NCBI GenBank assembly: GCA_016869675.1
Contig: VGDP01000001.1
Span: forward strand, 18,801 to 82,800
DNA length: 64,000 bases
DNA from: Alphaproteobacteria bacterium
GTDB taxonomy: Bacteria; Pseudomonadota; Alphaproteobacteria; SP197
Direction of reading: 5' to 3'
The notes beneath the pieces are model-generated. The model saw only the letters and a program-made list of their open reading frames with translations, was not told the origin of the DNA and did not search any database. Positions 12,375 through 20,439 of this stretch are shown here, in pieces. Made by a program: the position numbers and the translations under genes. Position 1 is the first letter of the stretch; the number at the start of each line of letters is the position of its first letter.

Positions 12375-14393
12375 TTACAGGTGGTCGCGCGGAAACGTCT
12401 CGGCCCATCCGCGGGTAAAGATCCTAGTGTTGCCCTCGAGGGCCGAGACGCGAGCATCGATGGCGATGTCCGTCGCGGTCGACGTCATGCTGATCTCTAA
12501 GTCGACCTGTGTTCGCCAGTCGCCTCGGGCAAGCCGCATGGTCCACGCGATGTCGTGACGGGCCGACAGTGGGTCGTGCAGTCGGATCGCCATGGTTTCC
12601 TCGGATGAGAAGCTCTCCGTCGTGCCGGTGTCCACGTATCGAACGGTGAAGCCACCACGACTTATCTGCCGCCAGGTGTCGTCCATCAGATCGCTCTCCA
12701 ACACCACGCGGCGTTCACGCGGCCGCACCCGTTCGACGGCCGCGGGGCCGGAATGTTCGGGTGGTGAGAAGATGATCGACGCGTCCTCCGGGCGCGGCGG
12801 GCGTTCGGGCAGGAGTAGCTCGACCATCGCCGAATCCAGCGTGACCGTTGCCACCTCGGGGCTTGGCCATATCGTCGGCCAATAGGCGGTGGAGATCGCG
12901 ACACGAACCCGGTTTCCGACGGGAAAGACATAGCCCGTGTCGTTCAATCGCACGGTCACGTCATAGGCGCAGCCCGGCTTCAATATCGTTGGGCGATCGT
13001 CGCCAGCGTGGTGAGCAAGGTTGAGTAGGCCATAGCTTACCCGCGTCGAGGCGCCGTCGGGCCAGACGTCGCATAGCCGTACCGCCAAGAAGGCGAGCGG
13101 GCGATCCACCATGACGCGCAACTTGAGCGTCGGGGTTCCGAGCAGTGCGAAGGGGGCCGCCAACGGTGCCGTGTCGAAACATCGGGAGCCGGCGTCCTCC
13201 TCGCGCTGGTCGCCGGGCAGGTCTGGCATGGCGCCGTACGAGCACCAGGCACCCGAACGCAGGCCCACGGTCAGCGGGCTGGCTATGAGGACGGTTGGCA
13301 CCGCCGGCACGGGGCTCGATTCGCGAACGATGGCATCACCGACGATCCGGAAAGGAACGGTCGCGATGCGCGGCGAGGGCCAAGCCGCCTCGGCCGCCCA
13401 GCGCCCCGACTTCGGCGTGCAGTGTATGGAGGGCCGCTCGCCGTCTTGCATCCACACTGTCAGGCGCGGCTCGTCCATGATGCCGTTGTCGATGCCCTTG
13501 AGCCAGCGGTCCCACCAGCGCAACGTTTCCTGAAGCCAACCTATGGCAGGGGCAGGACCGGCGACATGCGGATAGTCGTGGCCCCAGGGGCCGATCAGGC
13601 CCTTGCACGGAGCCTTGAGATTGGCGAGCAGGCGCATCACCGTGTTGGTGTACGCGTCCGGCCAGCCGCCCACGGCGTACACCGGACACTCGATGGCATC
13701 GTAGTCCTCGCAAACCGAGGCCCGCCGCCAGTAGGCGTCGCGGCGCTGATGCCGGAACCAGGGCGAGAACCAATCGGTACCGTTGCGCAGGCGGGAAAGC
13801 CAGGCCTCGCGCCAACCGGGACCGACGATCTCGGGATCGGGGGCTTGATTGCCAAAGGCCAGCATGTACGCCGCCCAACCCAAGTTGCGGGTCAGCAGGC
13901 ATCCTCCCATGTAATGCACGTCATCGGAGTAGCGATCGTCGGAAGATCCGATGGTCACCACGGCCTTCAAGGGCTTGGGCTGACGCGCCGCTACCTGGAG
14001 GCCGTTGAATCCGCCCCATGACAGCCCCATCATGCCGACATTGCCGTTGCACCAGGGTTGCGACGCGATCCAATCGAGCAAGTGAACCGCGTCCTCCTGT
14101 TCCTGATCCAAATATTCGTCCAGCAGCAGGCCGTCGGAATCGCCCGCGCCGCGCAGATCGACCCTGAGGCAGGCGTAGCCGTGCCCAGCGAAATAGGGGT
14201 GGGTCAGCTCGTCCGCCGCGCGGTAGTGATCGCGCTTGCGATAGGGGATGTATTCGAGGATCGCCGGGACCGGATTAACCCTAGCGTCGCACGGAAGCCA
14301 CATCCGCGCCGCCAGGCGACAGCCATCGGGCAACGGAACGAACACGTTCTCAATCGCTTCGATGGCGCGTGGGAAGTCGTTGCGGGCAACCAT
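12375..14393 (-). CDS. CocE/NonD-family (S15 X-Pro dipeptidyl-peptidase-like) hydrolase
   Basis: 672 aa. Contains 'ILEYIPYRKRD', the nucleophile elbow 'GLSWGG' and a long C-terminal beta-sandwich region. Confidence 0.85.
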   Translation of the reverse strand: MVARNDFPRAIEAIENVFVPLPDGCRLAARMWLPCDARVNPVPAILEYIPYRKRDHYRAADELTHPYFAGHGYACLRVDLRGAGDSDGLLLDEYLDQEQEDAVHLLDWIASQPWCNGNVGMMGLSWGGFNGLQVAARQPKPLKAVVTIGSSDDRYSDDVHYMGGCLLTRNLGWAAYMLAFGNQAPDPEIVGPGWREAWLSRLRNGTDWFSPWFRHQRRDAYWRRASVCEDYDAIECPVYAVGGWPDAYTNTVMRLLANLKAPCKGLIGPWGHDYPHVAGPAPAIGWLQETLRWWDRWLKGIDNGIMDEPRLTVWMQDGERPSIHCTPKSGRWAAEAAWPSPRIATVPFRIVGDAIVRESSPVPAVPTVLIASPLTVGLRSGAWCSYGAMPDLPGDQREEDAGSRCFDTAPLAAPFALLGTPTLKLRVMVDRPLAFLAVRLCDVWPDGASTRVSYGLLNLAHHAGDDRPTILKPGCAYDVTVRLNDTGYVFPVGNRVRVAISTAYWPTIWPSPEVATVTLDSAMVELLLPERPPRPEDASIIFSPPEHSGPAAVERVRPRERRVVLESDLMDDTWRQISRGGFTVRYVDTGTTESFSSEETMAIRLHDPLSARHDIAWTMRLARGDWRTQVDLEISMTSTATDIAIDARVSALEGNTRIFTRGWAETFPRDHL

Positions 14394-14463
14394 GACGCGG
14401 GCTCCGGACCCGACAGGGTCTCCCCGCGCGCCGTGGCCCGCGGAGGCTCAAGGCGACTTGGGG

Positions 14464-16092
14464 CTAAGCTTCCGTCCACTCCTTCAGGTTCCACGACAGC
14501 AGGCTCGGCGTGAACGCCGGCTTGAAGGCGTTGCGATAGAGCGCCGTGTTGGCCCCATGAGTGACGAAGATGTACGCGCCCGACTCTTCCATGATGTCCT
14601 GCATGCGGACGTACATGGCGGCGCGCTTGTCCACATCGAGTTCGCGCAGCGCCTTCCCGTGCAGTTCGGCGAACTCCTGGCTGTTAAATCTCTCCCAATT
14701 CCAGACGTCGATCTGGTCGGGCAAGAACCAGACGGTGGCCCAGCTCGCATCCGGCGTGTTGATGTAGTTCTTGTAGGTCATCTGAAGGTCTCGGAGCTGG
14801 TCGGCGTGGTCCGCCATGCCCCAGAAGGCGCCTTCGTCGAGCGCTTCAACCTCGACCTGAATGCCGATTTCGGCGAGGCTCGCCTGGATGATCTGGCCGA
14901 CCGACAGCGAGACCGCCAGGTTCTCGACCGAGAGCTTGCACGCGAAACCGTCCGGAACGCCCGCCTCGGCCAGAAGCGCCTTGGCTTTCTCGATGTCGTG
15001 CGTGATCAGGTTGGCGGGCCGGTGCCCGACCAGGCTGGGCGCGACGATGCCGGTCGCCCTTTCCACCACGCCCGAGAAGGCGCCGAGCAGGATGGCATCG
15101 ACGTCGACCGCGTACTGGATCGCCTGCCGCACGCGGATGTCCTGGAACGTCGGGTGATCGACGTTCATGCCGATCCAGTAGTAGTTGATCGACGGTTTGA
15201 CGACGAGGGTGGTGTCGGCCGTCGGTGTCGCCCGTAGCAACGGGATTGACGTGATCGGTACCGACGTTACATCGAGCTCACTCGCGTTGAACGCGAGTTC
15301 GGCGACTTGATCGTCGCTGATGACCAGGATTTCGATGCGATCGAATGTAGGCTTGGGGCCCGTCCACAGGTCGTTCAGAGCCATGGTCAGCCGCTGCTTC
15401 GGCACCCACTCCTTGATCACGTAGGGGCCGGACGTGGCGGGCGGTTCGGTGGTGAACTTTTTCTCGGGCAATGCCTCCACGGCCGCCTTGCACATGATCA
15501 TGCCCGAGCCCCAAGGCAACGTGGTGTACCAGAGAGGTGCCGCCGGCTCCTTCATGACAATGATGCCGGACAACTCGTCGACGACTTCGACGTGGTCCAA
15601 CAGCTCCCAGTCGCCGGCGTAGGGCGATCCGGTGGCTGGGTCGGCGATCCGCTCGAAGGAGAACTTGACGTCCTCGGCCGACATCGTGCCGAAGCCGTTG
15701 GTCAGGTTGGTCAGGTTGGTCAGGTCCAACGTGTCGAAATCGACGTCCTCGGCCGACATCGTGCCGAAGCCGTTGGTCCAGGAAACGCCGGGGCGCAGCT
15801 TGAATGCGATGTGTGTGGGGTCGATCTGCTCGACTGACTCGGCCACATCCATCTGCCATTCGATGGTGTCCCCGGCCTTCAAGTTGACGAGCCCGTTGAA
15901 GACGAGGGCGTCGACCAAGCCTTCGGAACCGGTCAGCAAGAACGCGGGGTCGAGAATCTGGATGTCGTTAGTGATTCGGGCCCTCAAGGTCTTCGTGCCG
16001 TCGGCGTGAACGATCGTGGTGCCCCCAAGCGCGGCCAGGGCACCGAGGCCAAGGCCCATGGACGTCCGACGCGTCAACGTGGTGACTGACAT
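14464..16092 (-). CDS. ABC transporter substrate-binding protein, family 5 (peptide/nickel type)
   Basis: 542 aa. Tat-like signal 'LTRRTSMGLGLGALAALGG'. Family-5 motif 'SAEDVKFSFERIADP'. Carries an unusual 25-codon insertion (see the repeat feature at 15667-15778). Confidence 0.85.
   Translation of the reverse strand: MSVTTLTRRTSMGLGLGALAALGGTTIVHADGTKTLRARITNDIQILDPAFLLTGSEGLVDALVFNGLVNLKAGDTIEWQMDVAESVEQIDPTHIAFKLRPGVSWTNGFGTMSAEDVDFDTLDLTNLTNLTNGFGTMSAEDVKFSFERIADPATGSPYAGDWELLDHVEVVDELSGIIVMKEPAAPLWYTTLPWGSGMIMCKAAVEALPEKKFTTEPPATSGPYVIKEWVPKQRLTMALNDLWTGPKPTFDRIEILVISDDQVAELAFNASELDVTSVPITSIPLLRATPTADTTLVVKPSINYYWIGMNVDHPTFQDIRVRQAIQYAVDVDAILLGAFSGVVERATGIVAPSLVGHRPANLITHDIEKAKALLAEAGVPDGFACKLSVENLAVSLSVGQIIQASLAEIGIQVEVEALDEGAFWGMADHADQLRDLQMTYKNYINTPDASWATVWFLPDQIDVWNWERFNSQEFAELHGKALRELDVDKRAAMYVRMQDIMEESGAYIFVTHGANTALYRNAFKPAFTPSLLSWNLKEWTEA
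15667..15778. repeat. Intragenic direct repeat (2 x 37 bp, perfect) flanking a 9-bp microsatellite
   Basis: GACGTCCTCGGCCGACATCGTGCCGAAGCCGTTGGTC occurs at 15667-15703 and 15742-15778, 75 bp apart. AGGTTGGTC is iterated between the copies. The protein reads TNGFGTMSAEDV-DFDTLDL-TNLTNL-TNGFGTMSAEDV. Confidence 0.9.
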
Positions 16093-16228
16093 TGCTGCAT
16101 CCTCCCCTGTCGCCGCCTGACTTCGCGGCAGGCTACCCTAACCCGGGCGATCCTGGCTCTCTATTTGTATGCAAAAAATGGCGTACGCGCAAGCACGCTG
16201 ATCCGGCGCTCGAAGGCGAGGCCCCCCC

Positions 16229-16410
16229 CCCGGTCGGCGTTGATCCGCGGAGTGCCCGCGCCGACCCCTTGGACGCGGAGTCAGCATCGATCGAACGATC
16301 GTTCGGGAAATACCCGCGCCCCGGTCGGCGTTGATCCGCGGAGTGCCCGCGCCGACCCCTTGGACGCGGAGTCAGCATCGATCGAACGATCGTTCGGGAA
16401 ATACCCGCGC
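16229..16410. repeat. Tandem duplication, 2 x 91 bp
   Basis: 16231-16319 is identical to 16322-16410. Each unit contains the hairpin GGTCGGCG...CGCCGACC and the palindrome CGAACGATCGTTCG. A C10 tract (16222-16231) precedes the first unit. Confidence 0.9.
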
Positions 16411-17432
16411 AAGGGTCCGGGCGAACGTCTCGTCGAAGGTCATGCCCTCGCGAAGGCGGGGTCGATAGGTGCGGGCGTACTTCCAGTTCGTCGAGATCTG
16501 CCGGCAATGCCGGAACGTCACGTCCTTTACCAAGGGTTTACGCTTCTCGGCCGCCTGTGCCGCGGCGCCCGACAAACCAAGCACGGAGTGAACGCGCCAT
16601 TCGACGCCATGACCGCCGACCCGCGGGTCCACGATTAGTTTGTTGGGATAGGGCGGCGCGTCCTCGAGAAAGAGGCAATCGGTATGCCGAACAGGGTCTC
16701 GACCGGAGCGCCCATCGGACGTGCTCCAAGGCGCCCATCTGACAAAAGCAGTACTCCCAGCCGGTTCCGTTGCTCTGCTCGGGCCCGAACGGATACCGCC
16801 ACGGGACCACGGCGAAGGTCGCAAGCCCCGCGATCGAACCAAGCAGGGATTCGAGGGTCGGGAGTTCATAGATCGACGAGTCGTTGTCGTAGAGAAGCAC
16901 GGCGTCGGCGCGATGGATCGTGACGTTGTACCGAACCCAGTCCTCGATCAAGGGCAGGGGGTTGTCCTTGGGGGGGGGCCTTGGAAAGCAGGAACATGAT
17001 CCGCCGGTTTGCCAGGGCGCGGCACAGCGACGAGCGCACGGGCACCGTCACGGCGCGGCCATTCATGTCAATTCGGAGTGAGTCGGGTACAACACCGGCC
17101 GGCACGGGCAATTGAACAATCGAATACTTGGAGTGATGGTGCACGCGTGCCGTCACGGCCGGCCCGTCCTTCCCGAGGCTGAAGCGCGCCACATCGAAAC
17201 TCGCCGCGCAGTTCATCGGGGGTGGGGCGATGGCCAGGACGCAACGCGCGTCATCGTCGACGAACACGTCGTAGAATAGCGTGTCTGAATCGAAACGCGC
17301 CTCGAACGTGTCGGTGACATCGGACTTCGAAATCGGGGCTTCGCGCTTCAGACCGAAGACCGAGAGCCTGACCAAAGACAGTGCGTCAGGAACCGACACA
17401 CAGAGCCCGTTGTGAAGTCCGGCCATGGACAC
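16372..17432 (-). pseudogene. glycosyltransferase-like gene broken by two frameshifts
   Basis: Three consecutive ORFs in three frames: 16866..17432, 16538..16951 and 16372..16869. The first shift falls exactly in a C9 run (G9 on the plus strand, 16970-16978). With C8 the reading would be 'SKAPPKDNPLPLIEDWVRYNV'. 'AVLLYDNDSS' resembles the GT2/GT92 nucleotide-sugar site. The function call is tentative. Confidence 0.55.
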
Positions 17433-17501
17433 GACCGGCGCCCTATTGTCGGGGCGCGGGCCTGATGGGACAACACCGACGTTGCTCGAACCGCACCGTC
17501 C

Positions 17502-17666
17502 CTAGTGTCGTGGTTCCGAAGTTCGCCCGATTTCGACATCGAGCCGGATGCAAACCTCGGAAACAGGAATGACACTAGAATCAAGGAGAAGCTAGTGTCC
17601 TACGATTCCGAAATTCTTATCGTGGCCGGTATCGTGCTCAGGCGAATTTCGGAATGGGGACACTAG
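17502..17666. repeat. Two tandem hairpin-forming elements bounded by CTAGTGTC / GACACTAG
   Basis: Element B (17592-17666): CTAGTGTCC + ATTCCGAAATTC ... GAATTTCGGAAT + GGACACTAG, giving 9+12 bp of stem. Element A (17502-17578) is a degenerate copy 90 bp upstream: CTAGTGTC..TTCCGAAGTTC...TCGGAA..GACACTAG. Confidence 0.8.
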
Positions 17667-19147
17667 CGCATTACGAACGGGTTAGCCATCGGCTCGGAGG
17701 ACGTGTTGATCCACACGGTCTTGGGCCGCGTGTAGTCGTAGATCGCCTGGAAGCCGCTCTCGCGGCCGTAACCACTGTCCTTGAAGCCGCCGAACTCGGC
17801 GATCGGCGAGACCACGCGGTAGGTGTTGACCCACACGATGCCGGCGCGCACGCGCCGCGCCACCCGGTGGGCGCGCGCGATGTCGCGGGTGAAGATGCCG
17901 GCGGCCAGGCCGTACTTGGTGTCGTTGGCCAGGCCGACCACTTCCTCCTCGGTCTTGAAGCGCAGTACGCTGAGCACCGGACCGAACAGCTCGGTATCGA
18001 CGATGGCGATGTCCTGGCGCGGGCATTCCAGGATGGTCGGCTCGAAGAACCAGCCGGCGTTGAGCTGGGCGGGGCGGCCGCCGCCGTGGCGCACCATGGC
18101 ACCCTCGGCCCGGGCGCGCGCGACCTCGGCCTCGATGCGCGTGCGCTGCCGCTCGGTGGCCAGTGGCCCCATCTGAGTCTCCTCGGCCAGGGGATCGCCG
18201 ATGCGGATCGGCCGGGCGCTCTGGACTAGGCCGTCGAGAACCTTGTCGGCGATGCGCTCGTGCAAGTAGAGGCGCGAACCGGCGACGCAGCTCTGGCCAC
18301 TCGCACCGAAGATGCCGGCGACGACACCGTTGGTCGCGCTGTCCAGGTCGGCGTCCTCGAACACCATCACCGGCGACTTGCCGCCGAGCTCGAGAGACAC
18401 CTGGGCGAAGTTCTCGGCCGAGTGGCGCACGATGTGGCGCGCCGACTCAGGCCCGCCGGTGAAGCTGATGCGCGCGACCAGGGGGTGCGTGGTCAGCGCC
18501 CGGCCGCACGGCTCCGCGAAGCCGGTCAGCACGTTGAAGACGCCGGGCGGCAGGCCGGCTTCCTCGATGACCTTGGCGAACTCGAGGATTGGCGCCGAGG
18601 CGTGCTCGGAGGCCTTGAGCACCACGGTGTTGCCGGCCGCCAGCGCCGGTCCGAGCTTGACCGCCGTTAGGAAGAGCTGGGAGTTCCATGGCACCACGGC
18701 GGCGACCACGCCCAGGGGCTCGCGCGTGGTGAAGGTCAGCATGTCCGGTTTGTCGATGGGCAAGGTAGCGCCCTGCACCTTGTCGGCGAGCCCGGCGTTG
18801 AAGTGGAAGAACTCGGCGATGTACTTCGCTTGCCAGCGCGTCTCCTTCAGGAGCTTGCCGGTATCCACCGTCTCGACCCGGCCGAGCTCCTCGGACTTGG
18901 CCGCCAGCAGGTCGGCGATGCGGCGCAGCATCCGGCCGCGCTCGGTCGGCGTGGTGCGCGACCATGGTCCTTCGCTGAAGGCGCGGTGCGCCGCACACAC
19001 GGCGCGGTCGACGTCCGCAGCGGTCGCCGCCGGAATATCGGCCCAGGCTACACCGGTGGTCGGGTTGACGCTCGGGAACGTCGCGCCGTCCGCCGCGTCG
19101 TGCCACGCGCCGTCGATAAACATCTGGTAGCGTTTCAACGCGCCCAT
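17663..19147 (-). CDS. NAD(P)-dependent aldehyde dehydrogenase
   Basis: Contains 'VSLELGGKSP' and 'FGASGQSCVAGSR' with the catalytic Cys. Start is placed at the ATG at 19147 ('MGALKRYQMFIDG'), preceded by GAGGGAAGGA. TAG stop. Confidence 0.9.
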   Translation of the reverse strand: MGALKRYQMFIDGAWHDAADGATFPSVNPTTGVAWADIPAATAADVDRAVCAAHRAFSEGPWSRTTPTERGRMLRRIADLLAAKSEELGRVETVDTGKLLKETRWQAKYIAEFFHFNAGLADKVQGATLPIDKPDMLTFTTREPLGVVAAVVPWNSQLFLTAVKLGPALAAGNTVVLKASEHASAPILEFAKVIEEAGLPPGVFNVLTGFAEPCGRALTTHPLVARISFTGGPESARHIVRHSAENFAQVSLELGGKSPVMVFEDADLDSATNGVVAGIFGASGQSCVAGSRLYLHERIADKVLDGLVQSARPIRIGDPLAEETQMGPLATERQRTRIEAEVARARAEGAMVRHGGGRPAQLNAGWFFEPTILECPRQDIAIVDTELFGPVLSVLRFKTEEEVVGLANDTKYGLAAGIFTRDIARAHRVARRVRAGIVWVNTYRVVSPIAEFGGFKDSGYGRESGFQAIYDYTRPKTVWINTSSEPMANPFVMR

Positions 19148-19227
19148 GGCGTATGTCCTTCCCTCGTTGATCCAGCCTCGCACGGCCATCGCGGGATGGC
19201 CATCCCGACCGCACGGGAGTTCAGACC

Positions 19228-19620
19228 ATGCCCAGCGCCAAGGAAGTCATCGGCGGCCCGCTCGTGATCGGCGGCCGGACGCTTTCGTTGTCCCGCGCCA
19301 TCCGCGCCGGCGACATGGTGTACTTGACCGGCCAGATCCCCATGCGCGACGGCGTGCCCATGACCACCGGCACGATCGAGGAGCAGACCAGGGTCACGAT
19401 CGAGCTGATCAAGGCGACGCTCGCCGAGGCGGCCTGTGACCTCGCCGACGTGGTCAAGGCCATGGTGTGGCTGCGCGAGCGCGAGGATTTCCCCGGCTTC
19501 AACGCGGTCTACGCCGAATACTTCGCGGTCGATCCGCCGGCACGTTCGGCCGTGCTCAACACGTTGCTGGTGGACGTGCGCGTCGAGATTGAGGTCGTCG
19601 CGTACAAGCCGAGGGGCTAG
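19228..19620 (+). CDS. RidA/YjgF-family reactive-intermediate deaminase
   Basis: 130 aa. 'MVYLTGQIPM...TIEEQTRVTIELIKATLAEAACDLADVVK...PARSAV...VEIEVVA' is typical of the family. Confidence 0.87.
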   Translation: MPSAKEVIGGPLVIGGRTLSLSRAIRAGDMVYLTGQIPMRDGVPMTTGTIEEQTRVTIELIKATLAEAACDLADVVKAMVWLREREDFPGFNAVYAEYFAVDPPARSAVLNTLLVDVRVEIEVVAYKPRG

Positions 19621-19626
19621 GGAGCG

Positions 19627-20439
19627 ATGACCCAGGGCGGCACCTGGAACGGCACACGTTACGAGGTCGTGGGTGCGGGGGCCCCGGTCATCCTGGTCCA
19701 TGGGCTGGGCGCCAACCGGGGCATGTGGCAGTGGATGATGCCGGCCCTGGCAGCGCGGTTCCGCGTCGCCATCTATGACCTGTTCGGCCACGGCGACAGC
19801 GACAAGCCGCGCGACGGCTACACCATGGAACGGTTCGTGGGTCAGGTCGCCGGCCTCGCGGACCATCTGGGCTTCGCGCACTTCGGCCTGATCGGCTTCT
19901 CGCTCGGCGGGCTGATCGTCCAGGCCACGACGCTCGCTCATCCCGACCGCGTGGCGGGGCTGGTCATCCTGAACGCGGCCCATGGCCGCACCGAGGCCGA
20001 GCGCGCGGCCGTGCTGAAACGCGTGGAGCAGGCCGCGAAGGACGGCCCCGCCGCGACCGTCAACGCCGCGATCGAGCGCTGGTTCACGCCCGAATTCGTG
20101 GGCCGCCGCCCCGACGTCATCGCCGTCGTGCGCGCTTCGGTCCTGGCCAACGACCGCGCGGTCTATCCTCTGATCTACCGGCTGCTGGCGCTGGGCGACG
20201 CGCCGTTGGCCGAGGCGATCCGGGCGATCCGCTGCCCGACGCTGGTGATGACCGGGTCGGACGACCCAGGCAACAACCCGGCCATGGCGGAACGCATGGG
20301 GCGCCTGATCCCCGGCGCGCGCGTGGTCATCGTGCCGGGCTTGCGCCACATGGGCCTGGCCGAGGACCCGGACGCCTTCACCGGTGCGATCGTGCCGTTC
20401 CTGGACCAGGCGCTCGGCGCTCTCAGCCGGCATCGCTGA
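19627..20439 (+). CDS. alpha/beta-fold hydrolase (3-oxoadipate enol-lactonase-like)
   Basis: 270 aa. Contains 'VILVHGLGAN' and the nucleophile elbow 'GFSLGG'. A C-terminal His ('GLRHMG') is present. Confidence 0.82.
   Translation: MTQGGTWNGTRYEVVGAGAPVILVHGLGANRGMWQWMMPALAARFRVAIYDLFGHGDSDKPRDGYTMERFVGQVAGLADHLGFAHFGLIGFSLGGLIVQATTLAHPDRVAGLVILNAAHGRTEAERAAVLKRVEQAAKDGPAATVNAAIERWFTPEFVGRRPDVIAVVRASVLANDRAVYPLIYRLLALGDAPLAEAIRAIRCPTLVMTGSDDPGNNPAMAERMGRLIPGARVVIVPGLRHMGLAEDPDAFTGAIVPFLDQALGALSRHR

Noticed and set aside
16229-16410. Tandem repeats as a possible CRISPR array.
   Set aside because: There are only two directly abutting 91-bp units with no spacers. The repeat length is far outside CRISPR norms, and there are no cas genes in the window.
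17547-17581. A TAGAAT -10-like hexamer (17576-17581) as promoter for the candidate small ORF.
   Set aside because: There is no acceptable -35 at 16-18 bp spacing. A transcript starting just after this -10 would begin within or after the Shine-Dalgarno sequence, so it does not support expression of the sORF.
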